Assembly (NCBI GenBank): GCA_030390025.1
Contig: CM059427.1
Location: forward strand, 73,904,001-73,968,000
Source: Squalus acanthias
Taxonomy: Eukaryota
Reading direction: 5' to 3'
Length of the DNA stretch: 64,000 nucleotides
This document shows, in pieces, positions 1 to 12,737 of this stretch; position 1 is the stretch's first letter; each line of letters opens with the position of its first letter. Both the position numbers and the translations under genes were made by a program. The notes under the pieces were generated by a model, which saw only the letters and a list, made by a program, of their open reading frames with translations, was not told where the DNA came from and searched no databases.

Positions 1-254
1 CTGCTCTTATATTCTATGCCTCGGCATGCCACTGGTCACATGGTACTCGAGAGCTGCGAGCACTGTGAAACTCTAATGCAGCATAAGTCGGCACCTTCAG
101 GGAGGAGATGAGCGCGAGTGGGAAGAGAGGGAGAAAAATGAGGGGAACAAGAAAATTTAAAACCTCCAGGAATATTATTCTCTCCAATGGCGTAGCGAAG
201 TGCTAAGGATACGGGATTTGGGTCGCATATTATCCTGCGCCATTTGAACCAAGA

Positions 255-585
255 AAATACAAGAACAAAAGGGCCTTAAAATTAGAGCCAGGCCGTTCAG
301 GGGTGATGTCAGGAAGCACTTCTTCACAGGAAGGGTAGTGGACATCTGCAACTCTTTCCACAAAAAGCTGATGTAGCTGAAAGTCAACTGAAAATGTCAA
401 AACTGAAGATTGATAGGTTTTCGTTAGGCAAGGGTATGAAGGATTACGGAACCAAAGTGGGTAAATGGAGTCAAGATACAGGTCAGCCATGAACTAATTG
501 GACAGAGGAGCGGGCTCGAGAGCCCGAAAGGCTTGCTCCAGCAGAGCGGGCTCGAGAGCCTGAACGGCCTGCTCCTGTTCCTGTG
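255..585 (+). mobile_element. CR1/HER1 LINE 3' end fragment with a local 36-bp tandem duplication in the terminal stem-loop
   Basis: Typical CR1 3' motifs (aggaagcacttcttcaca, cagccatga); gagcgggctcgagagcc occurs twice at about 508-560. Confidence 0.8.
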
Positions 586-1344
586 TTGGCTACACAGGCA
601 ATTCTCCTCCTTCCATCGCTGGCACCCTCAAACAAACAGTTAAACAGATGCCAAGACTGCGAGTACATTCTGCAACACTGGACATCAGAGAGATGGGACG
701 GTGGTGGGGCGGGGGGAAAAAAGCGTCAGAAAGAAAAATGCATATTTTGAGCAGCTTTCAACCCTCCAAGTGTCAGAAGCTCTGAACACAACTTGTGATT
801 CATTCATTTGTTCGATCAGTAGTCGCCATTTTTAATTTTTAAAGACAGCAAATTAATCTACGCAATACTGCTGTGGCACCAAATGACGCACACCCCTTCA
901 GCTATTTATACATTTCACATGTGAGTGGATTAGACAGCAGAGATTCCGTGCTGGATGAGTGAATCACTGCAGCCAGCTCAGCCTCCAGCTCCATCATCTA
1001 AAATTACCAAAAGCCTCAGCCACTGCAACAACTGGGACTTGCTCTCAATTTACATTTGTTAAACCTCTTGCCAACAACATGCAAGCTAACGTTCATCAAC
1101 AGTCGCTCTCTGCCTTTTGTCCTGTCATTCTTAAAACCCCAACACAAAAAACTATTGCACAGAATTTACAGCACACAATTTACATTCCACACGAAACTCC
1201 TGACACACTCATTTACTTCATTTCAACCAAACGGCATAATCTTCTATTCCTTTCTCCCTCATGTACTTATCCAGCTTCCTCTTAAATGCCATCTATGTTA
1301 ATTGCCTCAACTACTCCTTGTGGTAGCGAGTTCCACATTCTCAG

Positions 1345-3385
1345 GGTCAGAGTCATAATGGCACAGAAGGAGGCCATTCAGCCCATCAAGTCCATGCCGG
1401 CACTCTGTGGAGCAATCCAGTCAGTCCCATTCCCCCGCTCTATCCCCCGTAGCCCTGCAAGTTTATTTCCCTCAAGTGCCTATCCAATTTCCTTTTGAAG
1501 TCATTGATTGTCTCCGCTTCCACCACCCTCGTCGGGCAGCGAGTTCCAGGTCATTACCACTCGCTGCGTAAAAAAGTTCTTCCTCACATCCCCCCCTGTA
1601 CCTCTTGCCCAATACCTTAAATCTGTGTCCCCTAGTCCTTGTACCATCAGCTAATGGAACAGCCTTTCCAAACCCGTCATAATCTTGTACACCTCTATCA
1701 AATCTCCCCTCAACCTCCTTTACTCCAAGGAGAACAACCCCAGCTTCTCCAACCTAACCTTATAGCTAAAATCCCTCATCCCTGGAACCATTCTGGTAAA
1801 TCTCCTCAGCACCCTCTCAAGGACCTTCACACCCTTCCTAAAGTTTGGTGACCAGAACTGGACTGCAATACTCTTGTTGTGGCCTAACCAGCACTTTATA
1901 AAGGTTCAGCATAACTTCCCTGCTTTTGTACTCAGTACCGCTATTTTTGAAGCCCAAGATCCCATGTGCTTTGCTAACTACTCTCTCAATATGTCCTGCC
2001 ACCTTCAAAGATCTATACACATGAACCCCTAGGTCCCTCTGTCCCTGCACACTCTTTAGAACTATGCCATTAAGTCTTTATTGCCTCTCCCTATCCCTTC
2101 TGCCAAAATGCAGCACCTCACACTTCTCTATTAAATTCCATCTGCCACTTGTCTGCCCCTTCTGCTAGCCTATCTATGTCATGTTGCAGTCGATTGGTAT
2201 CCTCCTCACTGTTTGCCACACCTCCAAGTTTGGTATCATCGGCAAATTTTGAAATTTTACTCTGTATTCCAATATCCAAGTCATTTATATACATCAAAAA
2301 AGCAGTGGCCCCAGCACTGACCCTTGGGGAACACCACTGTCTACCATCCTCCAGTCTGAAAAACAACCATTTACCACAACTCGCTGTTTTCTGTCCTTAA
2401 GCCAATTTCTTATCCAAGCTGCCACTAACCCACCTATTCCATGAGCCTCAATTTTGTTAACCAGCCTTTTATGTGGTACTTTGTCAAACGCTTTCTTATA
2501 ATCCATATAGACAACATCCATTGCATTCCCTTCATCAACCTTCTCTGTTACTTCATCGAAAAAATTCAATTAGATTAGTCAAACACGATCTGCCTTTTAC
2601 AAATCCGTGTTGGCTCTCCTTAATTAACTTAAACCTCTCCAAGTGCTGTTAATTTTTTCCCTGATTATTTTTCTAAAACCTTACCCACCACTGATGTTAA
2701 ACTGACCGGCCTGTAGTTACTAGGATTGTCCTTACACCCTTTCTTGAACAAGGGTGTCACATTTGCCACTTTCTAATCCTCTGACACCTCCCCCGCATCT
2801 AGGGAAGATTGGAAGATTATGGCAAGCCCTTCCGCTATCTCCTCCCCCAATTCCCTTAGCAACCTGCGATGCAAGCCATCTGGACCAGGCGACTTATCCA
2901 CTCTAAGCATACCCAGCCTTTCCAGTACATCCTGCCATCAATTTTCGCCCCATCCATTACCTCTACCATCTCTGCTTCTACCGATATTTTGTCAGCATCC
3001 TCTTCCTTAGTAAACGCCGATACAAACTCATTGAGTATTCTAGCCTTGCCCTGCGCCTCTAAGCATATATCACCACCTTTGTCCCGAATAGGCCCCACCC
3101 CGCCTCTTACTACCCGCTTACTATTTACATGCCAGTAGAAGATTTTTGGGTTCCCTTTTATGTTAACCACCATTCTACTCTCATTCTCTCTTTGCCAGTC
3201 TTATTTTCCTCTTCACTTCCCCTCTCAACTTATTGTATTTGGCCTGGTTCTCCCTTGAAGAATTCACCTGACATGCATCATACACTCTTTTTTTGTTTCA
3301 TCATTTTCTCTATCTCCCTCGTCATGCAAGGAGCCCTGGGCTTTGGTTCCCTTACCCTTCCCTCTTGTTGGAATGTACCTAGCCT
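1345..3385 (-). mobile_element. 5'-truncated CR1/HER1 LINE with a degraded ORF2 (reverse transcriptase), nested in another CR1 3' fragment
   Basis: Minus-strand fragments DYKKAFDKVPH, GVPQGSVLGPLLF, ISKFADDTKLGG, QRDLGVHV; frameshifts and stops. Confidence 0.93.
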
Positions 3386-3660
3386 ACATTCTCACCACTC
3401 TCTGGGTAAAGAAGTTCCTCCTGAATTCCTTATTGGATTTATGGGTGACTATCTTGTATTTATGGCCCCTCATTCAGACCCACCTTCTCTACTTTCACAA
3501 AGTTATGACAAAAATCACTGAATTGTCATTGAATGCTTTAAGTGCCCTGCAAACATAAGAAAAGAATTAGGTGCAGGAGAAGGCCATACAGCCCCTCGAG
3601 CCTGCTCTGCCATTCAATAAGATCATGGCTGATCTTTGACCTCAACTCCACTTTCCCCAC

Positions 3661-4105
3661 TGTCAGCTGTGACAGTGGGTAGCACGCTCACCTCTGAGTC
3701 GGAAGGTTGTGGGTTCAAGTCCCACTCCAGGGACTGGAGCACAAAAATCTAGGCTGACACTCCAGTGCAGTACTGAGGGAGTGCTGCACTGTCGGAGGTG
3801 CTGTCTTTCAGATGAGACGTTAAACCGAGGCCCCGTCTGCTCTCAGGTGGACATAAAAGATTCCGCGGCACTATTTCAAAGAAGTCCTGGCCAATATTTA
3901 ACCCTCAATCAACATAACAAAAAACAGATGATCTGGTCATTATCACATTGCTGTTTGTGGGAGCTTGCTGTGCGCAAATTGGCTGCCGCATTTCCTACAT
4001 TGCAACAGTGACTACACTTCAAAAGTACTTCATCGGCTATAAAGCGCTTTGAGACGTCTGGTGGTCGTGAAAGGCGCTGGATAAATCCAAGTCTTACTTT
4101 CTTTC
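3661..4105 (+). mobile_element. tRNA-derived SINE (SacSINE1/DeuSINE-like), near full length, nested in a CR1 3' fragment (about 3553-4210)
   Basis: A/B-box head (gggttcaagtccc), body shared with many other copies in the window, L2-like aaggcgct...ataaat tail. Confidence 0.85.
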
Positions 4106-4748
4106 TGATCTCCATATCCCTTGATTCCCCTAGAGTCCAAAAATATACATCAGCCTTGAATATACTCAATGATTCAGCATCCACAGGCCTTTGGGGTGGA
4201 GAATTACAGGTCGCTTTAGCTACCTTAGCAGCGGGAGTGGCAATAACTTTTTTAAATAGTCACGCAATAATTTTCCAGAAAATGGAGACGATTGAATTAA
4301 GTGTGACGTGGGAATATTTCAGTTAAACTCTCCCGAATTTTACATGCAACTCTCACCGGCTAAGCTCAACCCGGTGTGCAACTGGTTTGGCAGAATTCTA
4401 CCCACTCCACGACGACAGTAGGTTCACTATCGACCAGATCTGGCGTTACGTTTAGCATTGCAAGTACGGTCAGCAAATGGCTAACGAATTGGGAGACAGT
4501 CGCTGGCTGTGCACAGACCGGTTTAGAGCGAATCCCGAACATTTACCACAAGGAGCAGAGTTCAAATGTTCCCTCGGTGCAGCTGCAAAAATTCCGCCTG
4601 CCCCCAGAATTCCAGCAACGTTTCCCCAACCACTACCATCCTATGAATGTCACCACACGGAACTGAAGGAAAACAGGTTGCATTCTTCCTGTAGGACACG
4701 CAGAAGGACAACTGATGAAACGCTTCTTCCAGTGGCAAACGACATTAC

Positions 4749-4893
4749 CTGGGATGGTGACTTTGGTATAGGTGGGGCCTGTGGTGTGGGAGAAGCAGCA
4801 GCAGGTACATGGTTGTCGTTCTTTGCCATGGGACTGGCAGGAGGAGACTCTTCCACTGGTGGTGATGCAGACTTCTCTGGTTTCACAGGGATA
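4749..4893 (-). CDS. BIN1: BIN1 exon 12 equivalent, Pro/Ser-rich linker: (S)IPVKPEKSASPPVEESPPASPMAKNDNHVPAAASPTPQAPPIPKSPSQ
   Basis: cctacag acceptor, gtaatg donor, 145 nt, phase 2-0; ends in PKSPSQ like the vertebrate BIN1 exon. Confidence 0.9.
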
Positions 4894-5227
4894 CTGTAGG
4901 TAGAGCACAAACACAACTCCTTAAAATTCACAGTGTAATGCTCAACAGAATATCAATAGAAACAAACTGGTATTTATATAGTGCCTTTCATGGCCTCAGG
5001 ACATCAACATATCCTTCTATTCCTTTCTCCCTCATGTACTTATCTAGCTTCTCCTTAAATTTAGGCTATTCACCTCAACTACTCCATGTGGTAGCGAGTT
5101 CCACGTGCTCACCACTCTCTGGGTAAAGAAGTTCCTCCTGAAATCTTTACTGGATTTATTAGTGACCAGCTTATATTTATGACCCCTAGTTTTGGATTCG
5201 CCAAGTGAAAACTATAACTACATACAA

Positions 5228-5820
5228 CAATAACTTGCATTTATATAGCGCCTTTAATGTAGTAAAACGTCCCACGGCACTTTCTCAGGAGCGCAAACAA
5301 AATTTAACACCGAGCCACATAAGGAGATATTTGGACAGATGACCAAAAGCTTGGTCACAGAGGTAGGTTTTAAAGAGCATCATAAAAGGAGAGAGGTAGA
5401 GGTGGAGAGGTTTAGGGAGGGAATTCCAGAGCTTAGGGCCTGGGTAGCTAAAGGCACGGCCGCCAATGGTGGAACGATGAATTGGATGAGCGCAGAGATC
5501 TCGAAGGGTTGTGGGGCTGGAGGAGATGAGAGAGAGATAGGGAGGGGAAGAGGCCATGGAAGGATTTGAAAACAAAGGTGAGAATTTTAAAATTGAGGCG
5601 TTGCCAGACCTGGAGCCAATGTAGGTCAACGAGCAGAGGGGTGCTGGGCGAGCGGGACTTGGTGCAGGTTTGGACACGGGCAGCAGAGTTTTGGGTGAGC
5701 TCAGGTTTACAGAGGGTGCAAGGTGGGAGGCCGGCCAGGAGATCATTGGAATAGTCAAGTCTAGAGGTAGCAATGGCGTGGATGATGGTTTCAGCAGATG
5801 AGCTGAGGCAGGGGTGGAGT
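5228..5820 (-). mobile_element. L2-type LINE 3' fragment
   Basis: GGRAFSYPGPKLWNSLP C-terminal ORF2 motif; ggcgctatataaatgcaagttattgttg tail. Confidence 0.8.
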
Positions 5821-6469
5821 TATGGAGTTTCACATGTACAAAGAAACAATAAGACAAACATTTATTTTGAGATTATTGGGGGGGGGGGGGGGGGGGGGTG
5901 AAAGCGTTATGTTGCTCACATGCACAGTTAGATTTATGCACTTTGCAGGCCATAAATATTTATGTACAGTTGGAAATCAATACTTGTAGCAGTTCAAAGA
6001 GAGACTTATGGAATTTGCCAATCTCTTCCCCCTTTGTCCTCCCGTTAAAAAGTGTTACTGGATGAAGTGCTAGTATACAATAGAAACCAGAATAATTGGA
6101 ATCATCAAAAACAGCTGGGCTCTGACCAGTGAGCCAAGGGAGCGTCAGGCTTGTGCAGAGAAGAGACGAGCATTACTGGGGACCTGCGCTTCAAGAAAGT
6201 TTCGGATGACAGAATTAAGATGCACTTACAGTAGGAGTGCGGCCAACTGCAGGTGTTCCCGGCTTCCCTTTGTCAGCTGCCTTCCGTACTGTAAGCACGC
6301 CCAGGGTCCAAGGACCAACAGCAACTTGCATTTATACAACGCCTTTAATGTAGTTAAAAATACCAAGGTACTTCACAGGAGCATAAATCAGACAAAAACT
6401 GACACAAAGCCGAAGGAAAGGTGGCCAGCTGTTTGGTCAAAATGGTAGGTTTTAAAGGAGTGTCTTAAT

Positions 6470-6782
6470 ATAATGTGATAATGACCAGATCATCTGTTTT
6501 AGTGATGTTGATTGAGGGATAAATATGGGCCAGGACATCGGGGAGAACTCCCCCCTGCTCTTCTTCAAAATAGTACCCTGGGATCTGTTATATCCACCCA
6601 AGAGGGTAGAGGGGGCCTCGGTCTCATCCGAAAGACGGCACCGCCAACAGTGCAACACTCCCTCAGTAGTGCACTGCAGTGTCAGCCTAGATGTTTGTGC
6701 TCAAGTCCCCAAAGTGGGACTTCAACCCACAACCTTCTGACTCAGAGGCGAGAGTGCTACCCACCGAGCCACAGCTGACACT
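6470..6782 (-). mobile_element. SacSINE-like SINE nested in an L2 fragment (about 6316-6935)
   Basis: Reverse complement of the 3661 SINE head and body; the L2 sequence resumes after 6782. Confidence 0.8.
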
Positions 6783-8279
6783 AGGTAGAGGTGGAGAGGT
6801 ATACGGAGTGAATTCTAGAGCTTAGGGCCTAGGTGGCTTAAGGCACAGTCGTCAGGTGGTGGGGAGTAACGGCGATGTGCAAGAGGCCAGAGTTGGAGGG
6901 GCACAGAGTTGTTGGAGGGTTGTAGGGCTGGTGAGTGGAGGGGCGAGATCACGAAAACCTAGGTCAACAGTTCTGCCGTCAGTTTAAAAGGAGCTGCTTT
7001 AGTAATGTAACCAGCCCCAGTCCCATTTACAAGAACATAGCCCATCGCGCTGATAGAGACAGGTTCCGGAGTCCAAACGTAAAAAGCAGGAGAAGGAGAT
7101 ACAAGAACTTCTCTCTCTCTCTCTCTCGAAACACAACGTCAAGCCCAAGCCCCTTTAGACTGAAGTTGAAAATCAAACAAGAGCTAAAAGATGATGACGT
7201 ACATAATACCGTAGGCTGGTTGGCTTCGACAGGTCATTAAAACCAATTACAGTTACTTTTCTTAATAGCATCTTAAATCACCATCTTATTGAGAAAGGTT
7301 AATAGCACTTGTGCAAGGAGGAAGTGGAGGTGGCAACACTTTGGATAGCAGCCACACAGCGGAGGAAATGCCCAGCTGCACTGACTTGGAGCAATTCAGG
7401 TACCCAGACCTTCCGACGCACGCGCAGGCACACCAATGTACAGTAGTTCCAAGAGAGTACATTGGCTTTACAGGCTGATCCTGATAAAGACTTGGAGGAA
7501 AGGAAGGAGAGCAAGAGTGCATTTCATTAGGTCCTGTAAACGTAACACTCCGCATCGTATGCTCAGGATTCCCCCTTTGGAGTTGGGGAAGAGAAAAGAG
7601 AGGAAAAAAAAAAGAACTTGCATTTATATAGCTCCTTTCACGACCTCAGGATGTTCCAAAGCACTTTACAGCCAATTAAATACTTTTGAAGTGTAGTCAC
7701 TGTTGTAATGTAGGAAACGCGGCAGCCAATTTGCGCACAGCAAGCTCCCACAAACAGCAATGTGATCGAGACCTGATCATCTCTAGTGATGCTGGTAAAG
7801 GGATAAATGTTGGCCAGGGCACCAGGCTGAAGCTGGCCAAAATTAACAAAGTAAAAGAATTGAAGTTGGAGAGATTCATGAAATGCCTTCTCTGAAAATC
7901 TCCGTAGTAATGCCAGAAACAACGCTATGAAACTGCTAGTTTACAGGGAGGTTTCCCAAAAGCACCGCCTGAAATCAGCCAGAGGAGCTGCCTGCCCTCA
8001 AATGACTCATAATGGAGATGATCACCCACGAGTTAGGTTAAACACAGATCTGGCAAAACTCTTACTGAAAGCAGGGCCCAGTCAGTCACTTTAAAAAAAA
8101 AAAAGGACTTCAGTCAATTCAACAGCAAGGCAGGGGCGGTGCAGGTTTAGTGTGCAAGACCACAAAAAGAAAATTGGCCCGTGTCAGCATTTCCAGGAGA
8201 TCAGTGCAGTTTGTTGAATGTAGAAACAGTCATTGATGTGCTATCGTCATTGATGTGCTATCCTGTAACGCAATGAGAA

Positions 8280-9140
8280 ACAAAAGACTTGCATTTCTAT
8301 AGCGCCTTCCACGATCTCGGGACGCCCCAAACCACTTTACAGCCAATGAAGTACTTTTTGAAGTGCAGTCACTGTTGTAGTGTAGGAAATGCGGCAGCCA
8401 ATTTGTGCACAGCAAGCTCCCACAAACAGCAATGTGATTTTGGCCAGATAATCTGTTTTTAATTATGTTGATTGAGGGATAAATATTGGCCAGGACACCA
8501 GGGATAACTCCCCTGCTCCTCTTGAAATAGTTCCACGGGATCTTTTACGTTATCCCGAGGGCAGACGGGGCCTCGGTTTAACGTCTCGGCCAAAAGACGG
8601 CACCTCCAACGGTGCAGCACTCCCTCAGCTCTGCACTGGGAGTGTCAGCCTAGATTTTTGTGCTCAAGTCTCTGGAGTGGGACTTGAACCCACAACCTTC
8701 TGACTCAGAGGCGAGTATAGAAACATAGAAACTAGGAGCAGGAGTAGGCCATTCGGCCCGTCGAGCCTGCTCCACCATTCAATACGATCATGGCTGATCA
8801 TCCAAATCCAGTACCCTGTCCCTGCTTTCTCACACAGAATCCCCATCGAGCCTGCACCGACACATATCCCACCCTATCCCCGTAACCCCACATATTTAAT
8901 CCCCCCCCAAACACTAAGGGTCAATTTATCATAGCCAAATCAACCTAACCCGCACATTTTTGGACTGTGGGAGGAAACCGGAGCACCCGGAGGAAACCCA
9001 CGCAGACACGGGGAGAATGTGCAAACTCCACACAGACAGTCACCCGAGGCCAGATTCGAACCCGGGTCCCTGGCGCTGTGAGGCACCAGTGCTAACCACT
9101 ATGCCACTGTGTTGCTACCCACTGAGCCGCAGCTGACACT
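8280..9140 (-). mobile_element. Nested composite: SacSINE-like SINE interrupted near 8716 by a CR1 3' end and an HE1-type V-SINE (about 8845-9110)
   Basis: V-domain sequence gtttgcacattctccccgtgtctgcgtgggtttcctccggg on the minus strand; the host SINE head resumes at about 9111. Confidence 0.8.
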
Positions 9141-10319
9141 GGGGGGGGGGGGGGGGGGGGCAGGGGGGGGCAAATGATGTAAACAATATACAGACAGACC
9201 AGCTGAAATTTGAGTGCGGTTTCATTTCGTCTTCCCACCATATCCAGGTTCTCTCCATCTTCCTCTTACCCTCCTCCCGGCATTTAGAACATCACCAATT
9301 CCACTCAAGTTTTGAAATAAGTGGCTGATTACCAAAATGTCCAAAAAGAGAGAGAAAATTCTGGAAGGAATCACAAAGGAAGTCTGAACGACCAATCGGG
9401 TTTCTACTTTGGTAACGGGGTGAGGGGAAGAAGGAAAGCAATCCATGCAAGTCAGCTAGCTCCAACTAAAATCACCACAAACGTCAGCACAATCCTTGGA
9501 GCAGGCTGACTACCTGCTTTTCATGGAATTGCTCCTGGCAAATCTGCTGGGGGGGGGGGGGGGGGGGGGAGGAAGAAATGAAGTAAAAAGTAGCCTGCGA
9601 AAACTGGTGAATTGTCCCAATTTCCCAGTGCTGCAAAGATGCTTTGATTCCATCAAGCAACTTCTTAGCCTTCCCAACACGCCTTCCCCTCTGCATCATT
9701 GTGCATACCCGGGCAGCAAAGGCTGGCCATTCAGGAGTGAAATCAGGAAGCACTCCCCTCCCAACCCCACCCACCACACAAAGGTAACACAATCTGGAAC
9801 ACTCCCTTCCTCCCGAAAAGTTGTGGATACTGGGGATCAATTCAAATTTTCAAGACTTGAGATCGATAGATTTTTATTAGGTAATGATATCCGGGGATAT
9901 GAAGCAAAGGTGGGTAAAGGGAATGGAGATACAGATGACCCATGATCTAACTGATTGGGTGGTTGGGGGGGGGGGGGGGGGGCGGGTGCAGGCTCGAGGG
10001 GCTGAATAGCCTACTCCTGGTCCTATGTATTTTGGAAGAGACGAGACTTTATACACAAGATAAACGTTTGCTTCATAACCCAGGTTAAATCTGGTCAATA
10101 TGTGACGGGCAATGTTTGAACCCATTTATAACGAAGGGAATTTGCCAAAACTCTTCAGACAAAGCACTAGTCAAACTACCAGTACGTGGAATTGAGAGCT
10201 GGTCTCTGTGTGTCACCAGAAGATGGATTAACATCTGCCACAAACCAAACATTAGCGTAGCAATAAATGTTGGAAATGCAGTCTTGGATATCCTGGAGAA
10301 AGGTTGACTACCTGCTGTC

Positions 10320-10442
10320 AGAACCTGAAATGTTAACTCTGTTTCTCTCTCTCTCTCCACAGATGCTGCCAGACCCGCTGAGTGTTTCCAGCATTTTCTG
10401 TTTTGATTTTAGATTTCCAGCATCCGCAGTATTTTGCTTTTT
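10320..10442 (+). mobile_element. Penelope-like element terminal fragment
   Basis: Same sequence as the Penelope ends at 12660-12737 and 46945-47013. Confidence 0.7.
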
Positions 10443-10620
10443 GTGCTGGAGAGTTGAATGTTGGACATCTTGGAGAGTTAAGGGCCAGCTGTCAAACTTC
10501 TTTGTATCTTGGAGCAACAGGCTTTCCAAGATAAACAGGATGGCTTTGAAGTGTCGCGAGAGGAAAGCCTGGCCTGTCTCATGCTTTTGGTGTCCCAAGT
10601 GTTATATACAGAAAATGCTT

Positions 10621-11162
10621 GGGCAAGGAATTATCTGACGGTAATGATGTCAGCCATTGTTGCGGCCAGTCATTCACTGCTCCGACACTCTTGTTGGATT
10701 AGGTGTAACTAGAGTTTCAACAACGTATTGACTGCTAAACAAACGTTAAGGCCCTGAAAATCTCATTTTAAATTTGTGCAGGGTCAAATTTCTCCATTAT
10801 AATAAAAATTACAATTAAGAAATTTGTTCATCTTTAATTCAGGTTTACCTTTCCCCCCCCATGCGAGAGCCCTAATCTTTGTTTTGCTCTGTAACATTTT
10901 TTTTTAAAGTCCAAATAACAGCAACTTCTTCATTTTCTGGTTCCATCTGACAATTCTGCATGGTGATTGGCTGCTTGGACAGCTTGTTGATGCCACAGCA
11001 GCATCGCGCTCAGGATTCCCCACTATGCTACACCGGTCTGACTTGCGCGTCGAAAAAGGCAAACTTCTCTCGCCACAGAGATTGCGAGGTCTTCGCGGGC
11101 CGCATTCTTCGGGGGCCAGCAGCGAACGCCTTTGCTTCGTCGCTGACCGCAAATTCCAGGCC
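10621..11162. mobile_element. Degenerate non-autonomous DNA transposon, probably related to the 43678-44449 MITE
   Basis: Imperfect termini gggcaaggaatt ... aaattccaggcc; AT-rich core with CpG-rich flank. Confidence 0.45.
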
Positions 11163-12288
11163 ATGGTGTATAAAGGAGCATGGGTTTTTTCCCCCCAAAC
11201 AGTTCTTCGGAGGGCTCGAAAGATAGAACTGGAGACCCAAAGCCGTTCTGCGTACAGTTAGGCCGATCGCCTGCGCTGTATGTGAATAATGTCTGTTCCA
11301 TATACTCCACTAAACGTCTCGTGCTTACTCAGTGTGTCGTTGCGAACCGTAGAAGGATGGAAGTTGGCCAACGGTTGAACGTCAACACACAGCAGGTCAA
11401 TCAACGTCCGACAGAGATCGTTAAGTTAACATCCCGGGTGTGCTTTCCCTCCCTTCCCACCAAACTATGAACCCACCTTGCCCCCGAGATGCTGATGAAC
11501 CTGCTGTGTATCTTCAGCCTTTCCCGCTTTATTTCAGATTCCCAGGAGTCGCGGTTTCTTTTTTGGCTCCTTCAACCTGGTTGTCATGTGAATGCAAGCC
11601 TCCCTTACCCTTGTTGAAAGATCTCACCCAGTAGCTTTCAGAACCATTTCCTCCCCATTTGGCCGACTGAGCAGCAATCAAACACAGTTGGCTATTGGCA
11701 CTGCGGAAGTCAGAAAGAATGTGAATAAGCCGGCCAACCGCTAGTTTTCTCTGTTCAACAACTTCCTGTAGATAGGGTGGCTATAAATAACTTGCATTCT
11801 GTAGCAGTCTTACTGAGGCGAAGAAAAAAAATATGTTTTCAAAAACATTTTGACTCCAAGCAAATTTTAGCCACATGTGTTATGAGCCACAACTCTCTGG
11901 AACATTTTACAGCCCCAGTGATGTAACCTTTCTTGGCAGGCAGTCTGAAGTAATGATGCACATTTGATGGAACGATGTGATGTGACAAATCATTCACAAA
12001 TGAAGCAGCATGATTGGGGAAAACCCAATCCTTTTGAGCACGCTACTGGCATTTCAAAAATAATTTAAAGTTACTGGTAAAATCGGCCACGATGCGGCTC
12101 ACGGTGTCAGAGGATGCACTTGTAAGGGCAGGAGCATAAAACCACCTAGCGCACAGCGAGTTAGCCTGCTGCTCAAGGGTAGGTGAGTGTCCATTTAAGG
12201 CTGCAGGGAGCAGTGCTTGGTGAAGGATTACAGGCGGATTTGCTCTTAACAAATGCACAGGTAAATTGGAGGCCAGACCAGCTCAAAA

Positions 12289-12737
12289 CTACTTCAATAG
12301 CAAAATACTGCGGATGCTGGAAATCCGAAATAACAGAAAACGCTGGAAAAACTCAGCAGGCCAGGCAGCATCCGTTGAGAGAGAAACAGAGTTAACGTTT
12401 CAGGTCAAAGACCTTTCGTCAGAACTGGAAAAAAGCAGGAAATGAAATAGATTTAAAGCAAGTATAAAGCTGGGAAAAGGGGGAGGGGATGAAAGAACAA
12501 AGGGGAAGGTCAGTGGTGGGATAGAAAGCAGGAGAGCTCTATCCCACCACTGACCTTCCCCTTTGTTCTTTCATCCCCTCCCGCTTTTCCCAGCTTTATA
12601 CTTGCTTTAAATCTATTTCATTTCCTGCTTTTTTCCCAGTTCTGACGGAATGTCTTCGACCTGAAACGTTAACTGTTTCTCTCTCCACGGATGCTGCCTG
12701 GCCTGCTGAGTTTTTCCAGCGTTTTCTGTTGTTATTT
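12289..12737. mobile_element. Penelope-like element ends in inverted (fold-back) arrangement
   Basis: About 200-bp inverted repeat (12327-12525 vs 12538-12738); flanking 10-bp direct repeat CAGCTCAAAA (12279-12288, 12738-12747). Confidence 0.82.
12388..12428 (-). ncRNA. Minimal type I hammerhead ribozyme motif of a Penelope-like element
   Basis: Minus strand reads CCAGTT-CTGACGA-A-AGGTC-TTT-GACCT-GAAAC-GTT-AACT: CUGANGA and GAAA core, stem II, palindromic ACGU stem III. Confidence 0.7.

Noticed and set aside
3661-3735. tRNA genes at SINE heads (also near 38005, 55260 and 60460)
   Set aside because: The A/B boxes run directly into SINE bodies repeated across the window; no complete cloverleaf.
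1-4748. BIN1 CLAP exon (LRKGPPVPPPP-like) or later exons
   Set aside because: Not found. The acceptor-like site near 4663 leads to an in-frame stop after nine codons.
8231-8264. 17-bp tandem duplication cattgatgtgctatc
   Set aside because: Ordinary slippage duplication beside a SINE tail.
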